Source: Abditibacteriaceae bacterium (GTDB lineage: Bacteria; Armatimonadota; Abditibacteriia; Abditibacteriales; Abditibacteriaceae). Taken from it: a stretch of 15,934 bases of DNA. Shown piece by piece: positions 1 to 7,462 of this stretch (position 1 is the first letter of the stretch; the number at the start of each line of letters is the position of its first letter). A model generated the notes under the pieces. That model ran no database searches, was not told the DNA's origin, and worked only from the letters and a program-made list of their open reading frames with translations. The stretch covers positions 1-15,934 of the forward strand of contig JANPJS010000288.1 of NCBI GenBank assembly GCA_031425655.1. The letters run 5' to 3'. Position numbers and translations under genes: made by a program.

Positions 1-1222
1 GTGCAGGCCGTGAGTGGGAACGGCACCGGCACTACCCTGCTGAACACCGGAGCCAAGTTCATCGGCGAAGGCCGCAGCACTATCTACGCAGGCGAAGTGA
101 CCTTCAACGGCACCGTGACAGCGGGCCAGACGGGCGGGCCGGGCAGGTTGGTCATCGAAACCAACGGCATTGCGTTGGGCACGAACACCAGCAATCTGGT
201 CAGCGCAGGCACCGGCTCTTACAACTGGACGGGCGGCATCATCGGCAAAGCAGGCAGCGTGCTGAACATCGGCGCGAACGCGGCCTTCCGCATCAGCGGC
301 AGCGAAAGCCGTCTCTTGATTGAGGGCACGGTCAACAACAGCGGCGTGGTGACGTGGGTGGATACCGGCCATATCGTTTGCCAATCCGGGCCAGCTTTCA
401 TCAACAAGAGCGGCGGTGTCTTCAACGCCCAGAACGACGGTTCGATGTTTCCCAACACCAATCTGCAGGGAACATTTACCAATCAGGCAGGCGGCATCGT
501 CAACAAGAGCGGTGCCGGCACCATCACCGATATCACCACCGTGTTCAGCAACGCCGGCACGGTCAATGGCGTGAGCGGCACTTTGGATTGTGGCGGCGGC
601 GGCACGCAGAGCGGCACCTTTACGGCAGCCAACGCCGCGCGTGTCAACATATCGGGCACTCTGACCGGCACTTGCAATCCCGCAGCGGGCGGCGTCATCG
701 GCGTGCAGGCCGTGAGTGGGAACGGCACCGGCACTACCCTGCTCAACACCGGAGCCAAGTTCATCGGCGAAGGCCGCAGCACCATCTACGCAGGCGAAGT
801 GACCTTCAACGGCACCGTGACGGCGGGCCAGACGGGCGGGCCGGGCAAGCTGGTCATTGAAACCAACGGTGTTGCGCTGGGCACGAGCACCAGCAATCTG
901 CTCAGCGCCGGCACCGGCACTTATAACTGGACGGGCGGCATCATCGGCAAAGCAGGCAGCGTGCTGAACATCGGCGCGAACGCGGCCTTCCGCATCAGCG
1001 GCAGCGAAAGCCGTCTCTTAATTGAGGGCACGGTCAACAACAGCGGCGTGGTGACGTGGGTGGATACCGGCCATATCGTTTGCCAATCCGGGCCAACTTT
1101 CATCAACAAGAGCGGCGGTGTCTTCAATGCACAGAATGACAGCCAAATGTTCCCCAACACCAATCTGCAGGGAACATTTACCAATCAGGCAGGAAGCATC
1201 GTCAATAAGAGTGATGCCGGCA
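1..1222 (+). repeat. Intragenic direct repeat, period 702 nt (234 aa): about 1..520 vs 703..1222
   Basis: GTGCAGGCCGTGAGTGGGAACGGCACC occurs at 1 and 703. The copies are near-identical for about 500 nt, with mostly synonymous differences. Confidence 0.95.
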
Positions 1223-2838
1223 CTACCACTCAATTCTCCATTCCGTTTTCCAATGCCGGAATTGTCAAATCCCTCAGCGGCACATTGAGTTTCGGCAGTG
1301 ACTTCACTCAAACAGACGGCACCACCGTTCTCAACGGCGGCGCCATTGAGGCCTCTGCGGCGTTCGATATTCAAGGTGGCACACTGAGCGGCATCGGCAC
1401 ACTCACTGGGAACATAACCAACAGCGGCGGCTCAGTCAGTCCCGGCATTTCGGCGCCCGGCGCGCTCAGCGAAACCGGAAACTACTCGCAGGGCGCGAAC
1501 GGCGAATTATCTATCCAGCTAAACGGCGTCACGCCGGTTACGCAATACGATCAGTTCAACGTCAACGGCACCGTGGCGATAGGCGGCACTTTGAATGTGT
1601 CCGCCAACTTCTCGCCGGCTTCAGGCAGCACATTCATCATCCTCAACAACGACCTCACCGACGCAGTAGTCGGCACCTTCGCCGGTCTGCCGCAAGGCGC
1701 ATCGGTGCAGGCCGGAAGCGCGCTCTTTCGCATTCTTTACAACGGCGGAGACGGCAACGATGTGGTGCTGACCAACATTCAACCGACGCTGTCTATCGCC
1801 GACGCAACCATAATCGAAGGCAACAGCGGCACCAAAAATTTGGTGTTCACCGTCACGCTTTCCGAGGCGCTCAGCCAACCGCTAACGGTGCAATATCTGA
1901 CGGCCAACAATACCGCCGTTACTCCCGCCGACTATGGCGCGGTGCCGCTCACCACGCTGACCTTCAGTCCCGGCCAGACCCTCAAGCAGATTGTCGTGGT
2001 GATTCAGGGCGACACCATAGACGAGGTCAACGAAACCTTCTTCGTGGACTTAAAGAATCCGTCCGCCGCCACTCTGACCGACAGTCGCGGCGTGGGGCGA
2101 ATTACCGATGACGACGCGCCGCCTACAGTGTCCATCGCCAACGCAGCGGCAGTGAGCGAAGGAAACAGCGGAACTGTCAACGCTACTTTCACCGTAACGC
2201 TTTCGGCGGCCAGCGGAAGAACCGTGACGGTGCAATATGCCACCGCTAACGGCACTGCCGCTGCTCCCGGCGATTACGCAGCGAAAACCGGCACTCTGAC
2301 CTTTGATCCCGGAGAGACGAGTCAGGAGATCATCGTAGCCGTTAAAGGAGATTTGCTTGATGAACTCGCGGAAACGTTTACGGTGAACCTCTCGAACCCG
2401 ATTAATGCCACCCTGCTCGACAGTTCGGGCACCGGCACCATCTTAGACGACGATGGCCCGGCGATTATCATCACCAACCCGGATTCCGTTGTGGAAGGCG
2501 ACAGCGGCACAGTCAACGCCGTCTTCACCGTGAAGTTGTCATCGGCCAGTCTGCAAACCGTTTCGGTGCAGTTCGCCACGGTTGATTTCACCGCTGAGGC
2601 GGGGCTGGATTACACCGCGCGAGCCGGCACGCTCACTTTCGCGCCGGGCGAAACCAGCAAAACCATTGCGGTCTCCGTTACGGGCGACACTCTCATCGAA
2701 GGCAATGAAGGATTTGTCGTGAACCTTTCCAATCCGTCCAATTCCAACATCCTTGATGGACAAGGCGGCATCTTCATCCTCGACGATGACGGCACATCAC
2801 CATTGCTCTTTGAGCCGAGCGATGAGCCAAGCGAGTAA
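1..2838 (+). CDS. Large repetitive surface protein/adhesin-like protein (5'-partial): beta-helix-like repeats, passenger-like cap region, 3 Calx-beta domains, acidic EPSE tail
   Basis: The frame is open from base 1, which lies inside a repeat unit, so the true start is upstream of the window. G/N/T/S-rich with a 234-aa repeat. Cap region 'LSGIGTL..VSPG..YDQFNVNG..GTFAGLPQG..YNGGDGNDVVLT'. Three 'P.lsI....V.EG.sGt....FTV.LS......TV.yaT...TA....DY....gtLtF.PG.T.k.i.V....D...E..E.F.V.L.np.......G.g.I.DDD' Calx-beta units at about 1783-2115, 2122-2454 and 2458-2790. Confidence 0.9.
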   Translation: MQAVSGNGTGTTLLNTGAKFIGEGRSTIYAGEVTFNGTVTAGQTGGPGRLVIETNGIALGTNTSNLVSAGTGSYNWTGGIIGKAGSVLNIGANAAFRISGSESRLLIEGTVNNSGVVTWVDTGHIVCQSGPAFINKSGGVFNAQNDGSMFPNTNLQGTFTNQAGGIVNKSGAGTITDITTVFSNAGTVNGVSGTLDCGGGGTQSGTFTAANAARVNISGTLTGTCNPAAGGVIGVQAVSGNGTGTTLLNTGAKFIGEGRSTIYAGEVTFNGTVTAGQTGGPGKLVIETNGVALGTSTSNLLSAGTGTYNWTGGIIGKAGSVLNIGANAAFRISGSESRLLIEGTVNNSGVVTWVDTGHIVCQSGPTFINKSGGVFNAQNDSQMFPNTNLQGTFTNQAGSIVNKSDAGTTTQFSIPFSNAGIVKSLSGTLSFGSDFTQTDGTTVLNGGAIEASAAFDIQGGTLSGIGTLTGNITNSGGSVSPGISAPGALSETGNYSQGANGELSIQLNGVTPVTQYDQFNVNGTVAIGGTLNVSANFSPASGSTFIILNNDLTDAVVGTFAGLPQGASVQAGSALFRILYNGGDGNDVVLTNIQPTLSIADATIIEGNSGTKNLVFTVTLSEALSQPLTVQYLTANNTAVTPADYGAVPLTTLTFSPGQTLKQIVVVIQGDTIDEVNETFFVDLKNPSAATLTDSRGVGRITDDDAPPTVSIANAAAVSEGNSGTVNATFTVTLSAASGRTVTVQYATANGTAAAPGDYAAKTGTLTFDPGETSQEIIVAVKGDLLDELAETFTVNLSNPINATLLDSSGTGTILDDDGPAIIITNPDSVVEGDSGTVNAVFTVKLSSASLQTVSVQFATVDFTAEAGLDYTARAGTLTFAPGETSKTIAVSVTGDTLIEGNEGFVVNLSNPSNSNILDGQGGIFILDDDGTSPLLFEPSDEPSE

Positions 2839-2851
2839 ACGCAACGGCAAG

Positions 2852-2898
2852 GAGCAAAACAGCCGCGCAACCATTTTGGTTGCGTGGCTGTTTTGCTC
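2852..2898 (+). terminator. Long hairpin, probable intrinsic terminator of the first surface-protein gene
   Basis: GAGCAAAACAGCCGCGCAACCA (2852-2873), loop TTT, then TGGTTGCGTGGCTGTTTTGCTC (2877-2898): a 22-bp stem with one G.U pair, 13 nt after the stop. The 3' arm includes a TTTT run. Confidence 0.8.
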
Positions 2899-3071
2899 AA
2901 TACGGATGGCATTGGCCCCGTGATTGTCACCATGCTGCTCACAACAAGGTTCACACCGCGCAAAAACGTGCTTGAGTAAGAATTCAATTCCTGCGAAAAC
3001 CCCGTTGGAAAAACTGGGAGATTCATGCTTTTTCCAGTGACAAAAAGCGCAAGCTTGTCAGAATTTATTTT

Positions 3072-3080
3072 TGTTATAAT
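3072..3080 (+). promoter_or_regulatory. Extended -10 promoter (TGnTATAAT) for the 3190..7380 gene
   Basis: TGTTATAAT, a perfect extended -10 consensus, in an AT-rich patch about 110 nt upstream of the ATG. TTGTCA (3055-3060) is only 14 nt upstream, too close for a canonical -35. Confidence 0.7.
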
Positions 3081-3177
3081 CAACGCCAATTAATCGGTAG
3101 ACGGTCTCGGTTGGCGCTTTCGCTGCTCTTCGTTTTCTTCCCCGCTCCCGGCGCTTGCTCAACCACTCCGTCTTCCC

Positions 3178-3183
3178 AAGGAG
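3178..3183 (+). promoter_or_regulatory. Shine-Dalgarno site
   Basis: AAGGAG 6 nt before ATG 3190. Confidence 0.8.
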
Positions 3184-3189
3184 CAAGCC

Positions 3190-6100
3190 ATGTCGCACTT
3201 CAAAACCTTTTGGATGCCGGTCGCATTCGCGTTGTTGGGCATCTTCTGCTGGATGCCGGCCACCGCCCACGCCACGAACTATACCTTTACCGGCCTCGCC
3301 GCGACCTGCCCGTTTCCTACTGCTCAGCAGTGCGCCACATTTGTGCCCGGCGATCCGGAGAACTGGGGCGATGTCAGGAACTGGAGTCCGCAGGGCGTTC
3401 CCGGCGCCGGCGATACTGTGACCATTGGCACTTTTTCCGTCAGCATCAATGGAAACCGCTCGGTGCAGCGTTTGACCATGAGCGGCGACGGCAACCTGAG
3501 AAACGGGACGCTCAACCTCATCGGGCCGTCAGCCAGTTTTATGTCTTTGTGGACTACCGGCACCATCTCGTGCATCCTGAACATTGCCACCGGGGCGCAA
3601 CTCCGCATCAGCGGCAACGCTGTTAAAACTGCTTCAGTTGGAACAATCAACAACAGCGGCACAGTGACGTGGCTCAACAGCGGCGAATTGCGCCTCAACG
3701 CCAACGCCGTTTTCAACAACAAAAGCGGAGGCGTCTTCAACGCTCAGAACGATTCGGGCGTGTTTTTCTCCTCGTTTGGAGGTTCGTTCAACAATTTGGC
3801 GGGCGCCACTTTCAACAAGAGCGGCGTCGGCACCACAACCACTTTCGGTGTTTTGCAACCTTTCAATAACGCCGGAACCGTCAATGTCACTTCCGGCACG
3901 CTGTCTCTGACCCAGGGCGCCAGCAGTGGAGTTTTCCGCTGCACATCGGGCGCTCAGGTGGATTTCATCAACGCCTACACTTTCAACACGGGCACGAAGT
4001 TCGGCGGCACGGGTTGTCGCGTGAGCAACGGCACGGTGACTTTCAACGGCACAGTGCAGGTGGAAGACGGCGGCAACTTTGAGATGCCGTCCGGCGTAGT
4101 TCTGGGCACCGCCGCCAGCAACCTGATAACTGCAGGAACGGGTTTCTATAACTGGACAGGCTCCGACATTGGCAGCAACAACAGCGTGTTGAATATCGGC
4201 GTAGGCACGGAATTTCGCATCAGCGGCAATACCACTAAACAAGTTAGAAACGGGGTAGTCAACAACAACGGCAGGGTAACTTGGGTCAACAATGGTGATC
4301 TTCGCCTCAACGACAATGGGGTTTTCAACAACAAGAGTGGCGGTGTTTTCAACGCTCAGAACGATTCGGGCGTGTTTTTCTCCTCGGCTGGCGGCTCGTT
4401 CAATAATTTGGCGGGCGCCACTTTCAATAAGAGCGGCGTCGGCACCACGACCACCTTCGGTATTTTGCAGACTTTCAGCAACGCCGGCACTGTTAATGTC
4501 AATTCCGGCACGCTGACTTTGGACGGCGGCGGAATCAGCTCCGGCACCTTCAACGTAGCTAATGGGGGGCGTGCCAACGTGTCCGGCACGCTCAGCGGCA
4601 CGCTTAATGCGGCGGAGGGTGGCGTTATTGGTTTGGGTTCTGCCTCCGCCAGCACCGCGCTAAACGCTGGCACCAAGTGCGTGGGCGCCGGCATCTCCAA
4701 AGTGTTCGCCGGCACAGTCAGCATCGCCGGCACCGTAACGGCGGGCAGCGGTGCTACTGATCCGGGCACGCTGGTATTTGAGGCAGGCCAGGTGAGCGGC
4801 ACTGCCGCCAGCAATTTGGTGAGCGCCGGCAGCGGCTTATTCAAATGGACAGGCTCCGACATTGGTGTTTCGGGGGGCGGGAACGTGTTGAACATCGGCG
4901 TGGGCACGGAATTCCGTATCAGCGGCAGCGCCCCGAAAAGCGCCTTTGCGGGAACGATCAACAATAGCGGCACAGTGACGTGGCTCAACAACGGCGACCT
5001 TCGTCTCAACAACGGCGCCGTTTTCAACAACAAAAGCGGAGGCGTCTTCAACGCTCAGAACGATTCGGGCGTGTTTTTCTCCTCGTTTGGAGGTTCGTTC
5101 AACAATTTGGCGGGCGCCACTTTCAACAAGAGCGGCATCGGCACCACAACCACCTTTGGGGTTTTGCAGCCATTCAACAATTCCGGCACCATCAACGCGT
5201 TAAGCGGCACTTTGGCCCTGACCGAGGGCACAAGCACGGGAGTTTTCCGCTGCACATCGGGCGCTCAGGTGGATTTCATCAACACTTACACTTTCAACAC
5301 GGGCACGAAGTTCGGCGGCACAGGTTGTCGCGTGAGCAACGGCACGGTGACTTTCAACGGCACAGTGCAGGTGGAAGACGGCGGCAACTTTGAGATGCCG
5401 TCCGGCGTAGTTCTGGGCACCGCTGCCAGCAATCTGACCACGGCAGGAACGGGTTTCTATCACTGGACAGGCTCTGGGATTAGTGCTGTCGACAGCGTGT
5501 TGAACATAGGCGTGGGCACGGAATTTCGCATCAGCGGCAATGCCACTAAACAAGTTAGAAACGGGATAGTCAACAACAACGGTAGGGTAACTTGGGTCAA
5601 CAATGGTGATCTTCGCCTCAACGACAATGCAGTTTTTAACAACAAAAGCGGTGGGGTTTTCAACGCTCAGAACGATTCGGGCGTGTTTTTCTCCTCGGCT
5701 GGAGGTTCGTTCAACAATTTGGCGGGCGCCACTTTCAACAAGAGCGGTGCCGGCACCACGACCACCTTCGGTATTTTGCAGACTTTCAGCAACGCCGGCA
5801 CGGTTAAAGCCTTAAGCGGCACCTTGAGTTTCGACTCTGACTTCACACAGACCGCCGGCACTACCGTTCTCAATGGCGGCGCCATCACGGCTTCTGCGGC
5901 GTTCAAGCTTGAAGGCGGAACGCTCAGCGGCATTGGCACGCTCACCGGCAACGTGACCAACAGCGGCGGTTCGGTCAGTCCCGGCATTTCAGCGCCCGGC
6001 GCGCTCAGCGAAACCGGGAATTACTCGCAGGGCGCGAATGGCGAGTTATCTATCCAGCTCAATGGCGTCACGCCGGTTACGCAATACGATCAGTTCAACG

Positions 6101-7380
6101 TCAACGGCACCGTCGCGCTGGGCGGCGCGCTGGCACTTTCCGCGAATTTCTCTCCGGCATCAGGCAGCAGTTTCACGATTCTCAACAATGATGGCACCGA
6201 AGCCGTGACCGGCACCTTCGCCGGTTTGCCGCAGGGCGCCTCAGTGCAGGCCGGAAGCGCGCTCTTTCGCATTCTTTACAACGGCGGCGACGGCAACGAT
6301 GTGGTGCTGACCAACATTCAACCGACGCTTTCCATCGAAAACGCAACCATCAGCGAGGGAGATAGCGGCACGAAGAATTTGGTGTTCACCGTCACGCTTT
6401 CCGAAGCGCTCAGCCAACCGTTGACGGTGCAATATCTGACTGCCAACAATACCGCCACGGCCCCGGATGACTATGTGGCGATTCCGCTCACCACGCTGAC
6501 TTTTAGCCCCGGCCAAACCGTCAAGAAAATTGTTGTGTTGCTTCAAGGCGACACCATTGATGAGGCGGATGAAACCTTTTTTGTGGACTTGAAAAATCCG
6601 TCCGCCGCCACTCTGACCGATAGTCGCGGCGTGGGGCGTATCACCGATGACGACCCGCCGCCGACGCTGTCCATTTCCAACGCCCCGGCAGTAACCGAAG
6701 GAAACAGCGGAACGGTGACGGCCACTTTCACCGTGACGCTTTCGTCGGCCAGCAGCAAAACGGTCACGGTGGATTTCGCCACCGCCAACGGCACCGCCGT
6801 TGCGCCCGGTGATTACTCGGCCAGAACCGGCACTTTAACCTTCGCGCCCGACCAGACCAGCAAAACCATCACGGTTTCGGTTCGTGGCGATCTGCTCGAT
6901 GAAACAACGGAAACTTTCACCGTGATTCTGAGCAATGCGGTCAATGCAACCCTGCTCGACAGTGCGGGCACCGGCACCATCTTAGACGACGATGGCCCGA
7001 CGATCATCATCAATAACCCCGATTCCATCGTGGAAGGCGACAGCGGCACGGTCAACGCCGTCTTTACCGTGAGGCTGTCGGCGGCCAGTCTGCAAACCGT
7101 GACGGTGCAGTTCGCCACGGTTGATTTCACCGCTGAGGCGGGGCTGGATTACACCGCGCGAGTCGGCACGCTCACTTTCGCGCCGGGCGAAACCAGCAAA
7201 ACCATCGAGGTAGCCGTCATCAGCGACAAAGAAAACGAAGGCAATGAAGCATTCCAAGTCAGCCTTTCCAACCCGTCTAACGGCAACATCGCGGACGGGC
7301 AAGGCGCGGTCTATATTCTCGATGATGATATCTCCGCTTTGCGATTCAACGCGCCGGATGAGAATGAGCCAAGCGAGTAA
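3190..7380 (+). CDS. Secreted large repetitive surface protein/adhesin-like protein (1396 aa): signal peptide, beta-helix-like repeats, passenger-like cap region, 3 Calx-beta domains, acidic EPSE tail
   Basis: SD plus ATG. Signal peptide MSHFKTFWMPVAFALLGIFCWMPATAHA with an A-H-A cleavage motif. N-terminal 'NW...NWSP.GVPGAGDTV.I' motif typical of beta-helix passenger-like proteins. Four repeated cores. Calx-beta units at about 6322-6654, 6661-6993 and 6997-7329. Paralogous to 1..2838 (offset 4539 nt over the C-terminal ~530 aa). Confidence 0.93.
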   Translation: MSHFKTFWMPVAFALLGIFCWMPATAHATNYTFTGLAATCPFPTAQQCATFVPGDPENWGDVRNWSPQGVPGAGDTVTIGTFSVSINGNRSVQRLTMSGDGNLRNGTLNLIGPSASFMSLWTTGTISCILNIATGAQLRISGNAVKTASVGTINNSGTVTWLNSGELRLNANAVFNNKSGGVFNAQNDSGVFFSSFGGSFNNLAGATFNKSGVGTTTTFGVLQPFNNAGTVNVTSGTLSLTQGASSGVFRCTSGAQVDFINAYTFNTGTKFGGTGCRVSNGTVTFNGTVQVEDGGNFEMPSGVVLGTAASNLITAGTGFYNWTGSDIGSNNSVLNIGVGTEFRISGNTTKQVRNGVVNNNGRVTWVNNGDLRLNDNGVFNNKSGGVFNAQNDSGVFFSSAGGSFNNLAGATFNKSGVGTTTTFGILQTFSNAGTVNVNSGTLTLDGGGISSGTFNVANGGRANVSGTLSGTLNAAEGGVIGLGSASASTALNAGTKCVGAGISKVFAGTVSIAGTVTAGSGATDPGTLVFEAGQVSGTAASNLVSAGSGLFKWTGSDIGVSGGGNVLNIGVGTEFRISGSAPKSAFAGTINNSGTVTWLNNGDLRLNNGAVFNNKSGGVFNAQNDSGVFFSSFGGSFNNLAGATFNKSGIGTTTTFGVLQPFNNSGTINALSGTLALTEGTSTGVFRCTSGAQVDFINTYTFNTGTKFGGTGCRVSNGTVTFNGTVQVEDGGNFEMPSGVVLGTAASNLTTAGTGFYHWTGSGISAVDSVLNIGVGTEFRISGNATKQVRNGIVNNNGRVTWVNNGDLRLNDNAVFNNKSGGVFNAQNDSGVFFSSAGGSFNNLAGATFNKSGAGTTTTFGILQTFSNAGTVKALSGTLSFDSDFTQTAGTTVLNGGAITASAAFKLEGGTLSGIGTLTGNVTNSGGSVSPGISAPGALSETGNYSQGANGELSIQLNGVTPVTQYDQFNVNGTVALGGALALSANFSPASGSSFTILNNDGTEAVTGTFAGLPQGASVQAGSALFRILYNGGDGNDVVLTNIQPTLSIENATISEGDSGTKNLVFTVTLSEALSQPLTVQYLTANNTATAPDDYVAIPLTTLTFSPGQTVKKIVVLLQGDTIDEADETFFVDLKNPSAATLTDSRGVGRITDDDPPPTLSISNAPAVTEGNSGTVTATFTVTLSSASSKTVTVDFATANGTAVAPGDYSARTGTLTFAPDQTSKTITVSVRGDLLDETTETFTVILSNAVNATLLDSAGTGTILDDDGPTIIINNPDSIVEGDSGTVNAVFTVRLSAASLQTVTVQFATVDFTAEAGLDYTARVGTLTFAPGETSKTIEVAVISDKENEGNEAFQVSLSNPSNGNIADGQGAVYILDDDISALRFNAPDENEPSE
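3604..5826 (+). repeat. Four 300-nt core repeats (3604-3903, 4216-4515, 4915-5214, 5527-5826) forming a higher-order 1311-nt duplication
   Basis: GATTCGGGCGTGTTTTTCTCCTCG occurs at 3751, 4363, 5062 and 5674 (spacings 612, 699, 612). Cores 1 and 3 are one subtype (SSFGG, GVLQPF) and cores 2 and 4 another (SSAGG, GILQTF). Confidence 0.95.
5790..7380 (+). repeat. Intergenic paralogous block matching about 1250..2838
   Basis: Collinear at offset 4539 nt, for example CCCGGCATTTC at 1441 and 5980, and near-identical 2543-2666 vs 7082-7205. Confidence 0.95.
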
Positions 7381-7382
7381 GT

Positions 7383-7462
7383 GAAACGGATGGCGAGAAG
7401 AGGATGAGGACACGCTGTTAAAATCAACGGCGTGTCCTCATCCTCTTCTCGTTATTTGTTTT
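7383..7462 (+). terminator. Very long hairpin after the second surface-protein gene (probable terminator/insulator), overlapping the start of the next gene
   Basis: 7383-7419 pairs with 7426-7462 over 37 bp (six G.U pairs, no mismatches), loop AAAATC. The core stem 7394-7419/7426-7451 is followed by TTATTTGTTTTT. Confidence 0.75.
7416..7424 (+). promoter_or_regulatory. Putative extended -10 promoter (TGnTAAAAT) giving a leaderless transcript starting at GTG 7432
   Basis: TGTTAAAAT, then 7 nt, then GTG, with no SD. 7416-7429 matches 3072-3085 at 13 of 14 nt (TGTTAwAATCAACG). Confidence 0.55.

Noticed and set aside
2848..2910. Short words shared between intergenic regions (CAAGGAGCAA at 2848 and 3177; ACGGATGGC at 2902 and 7386), superficially CsrA-like GGA sites
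   Set aside because: The matches are only 9-10 nt, they are not in hairpin loops, and no start codon follows the SD-like word at 2849. They cannot be told apart from chance or duplication remnants.
1..7380. Diversity-generating retroelement (TR/VR pairs) as the source of the near-identical repeats
   Set aside because: Differences between copies are mostly synonymous and involve all four bases, not only adenines. All copies are in-frame coding sequence, and there is no reverse transcriptase in the window.
1..7380. Classical type Va autotransporter or RTX/T1SS substrate
   Set aside because: No C-terminal beta-barrel with a terminal aromatic residue and no GGxGxDxLx nonapeptide array. Gene 2 has a Sec signal peptide.
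219..7413. Many recurring antisense and alternate-frame ORFs (e.g. MKTPPLLLLK..., MVNVPCRLV...)
   Set aside because: They are shadows of the repetitive GC-rich sense genes and recur with the same periods (702, 612/699, 1311, 4539 nt). They have no independent coding evidence.
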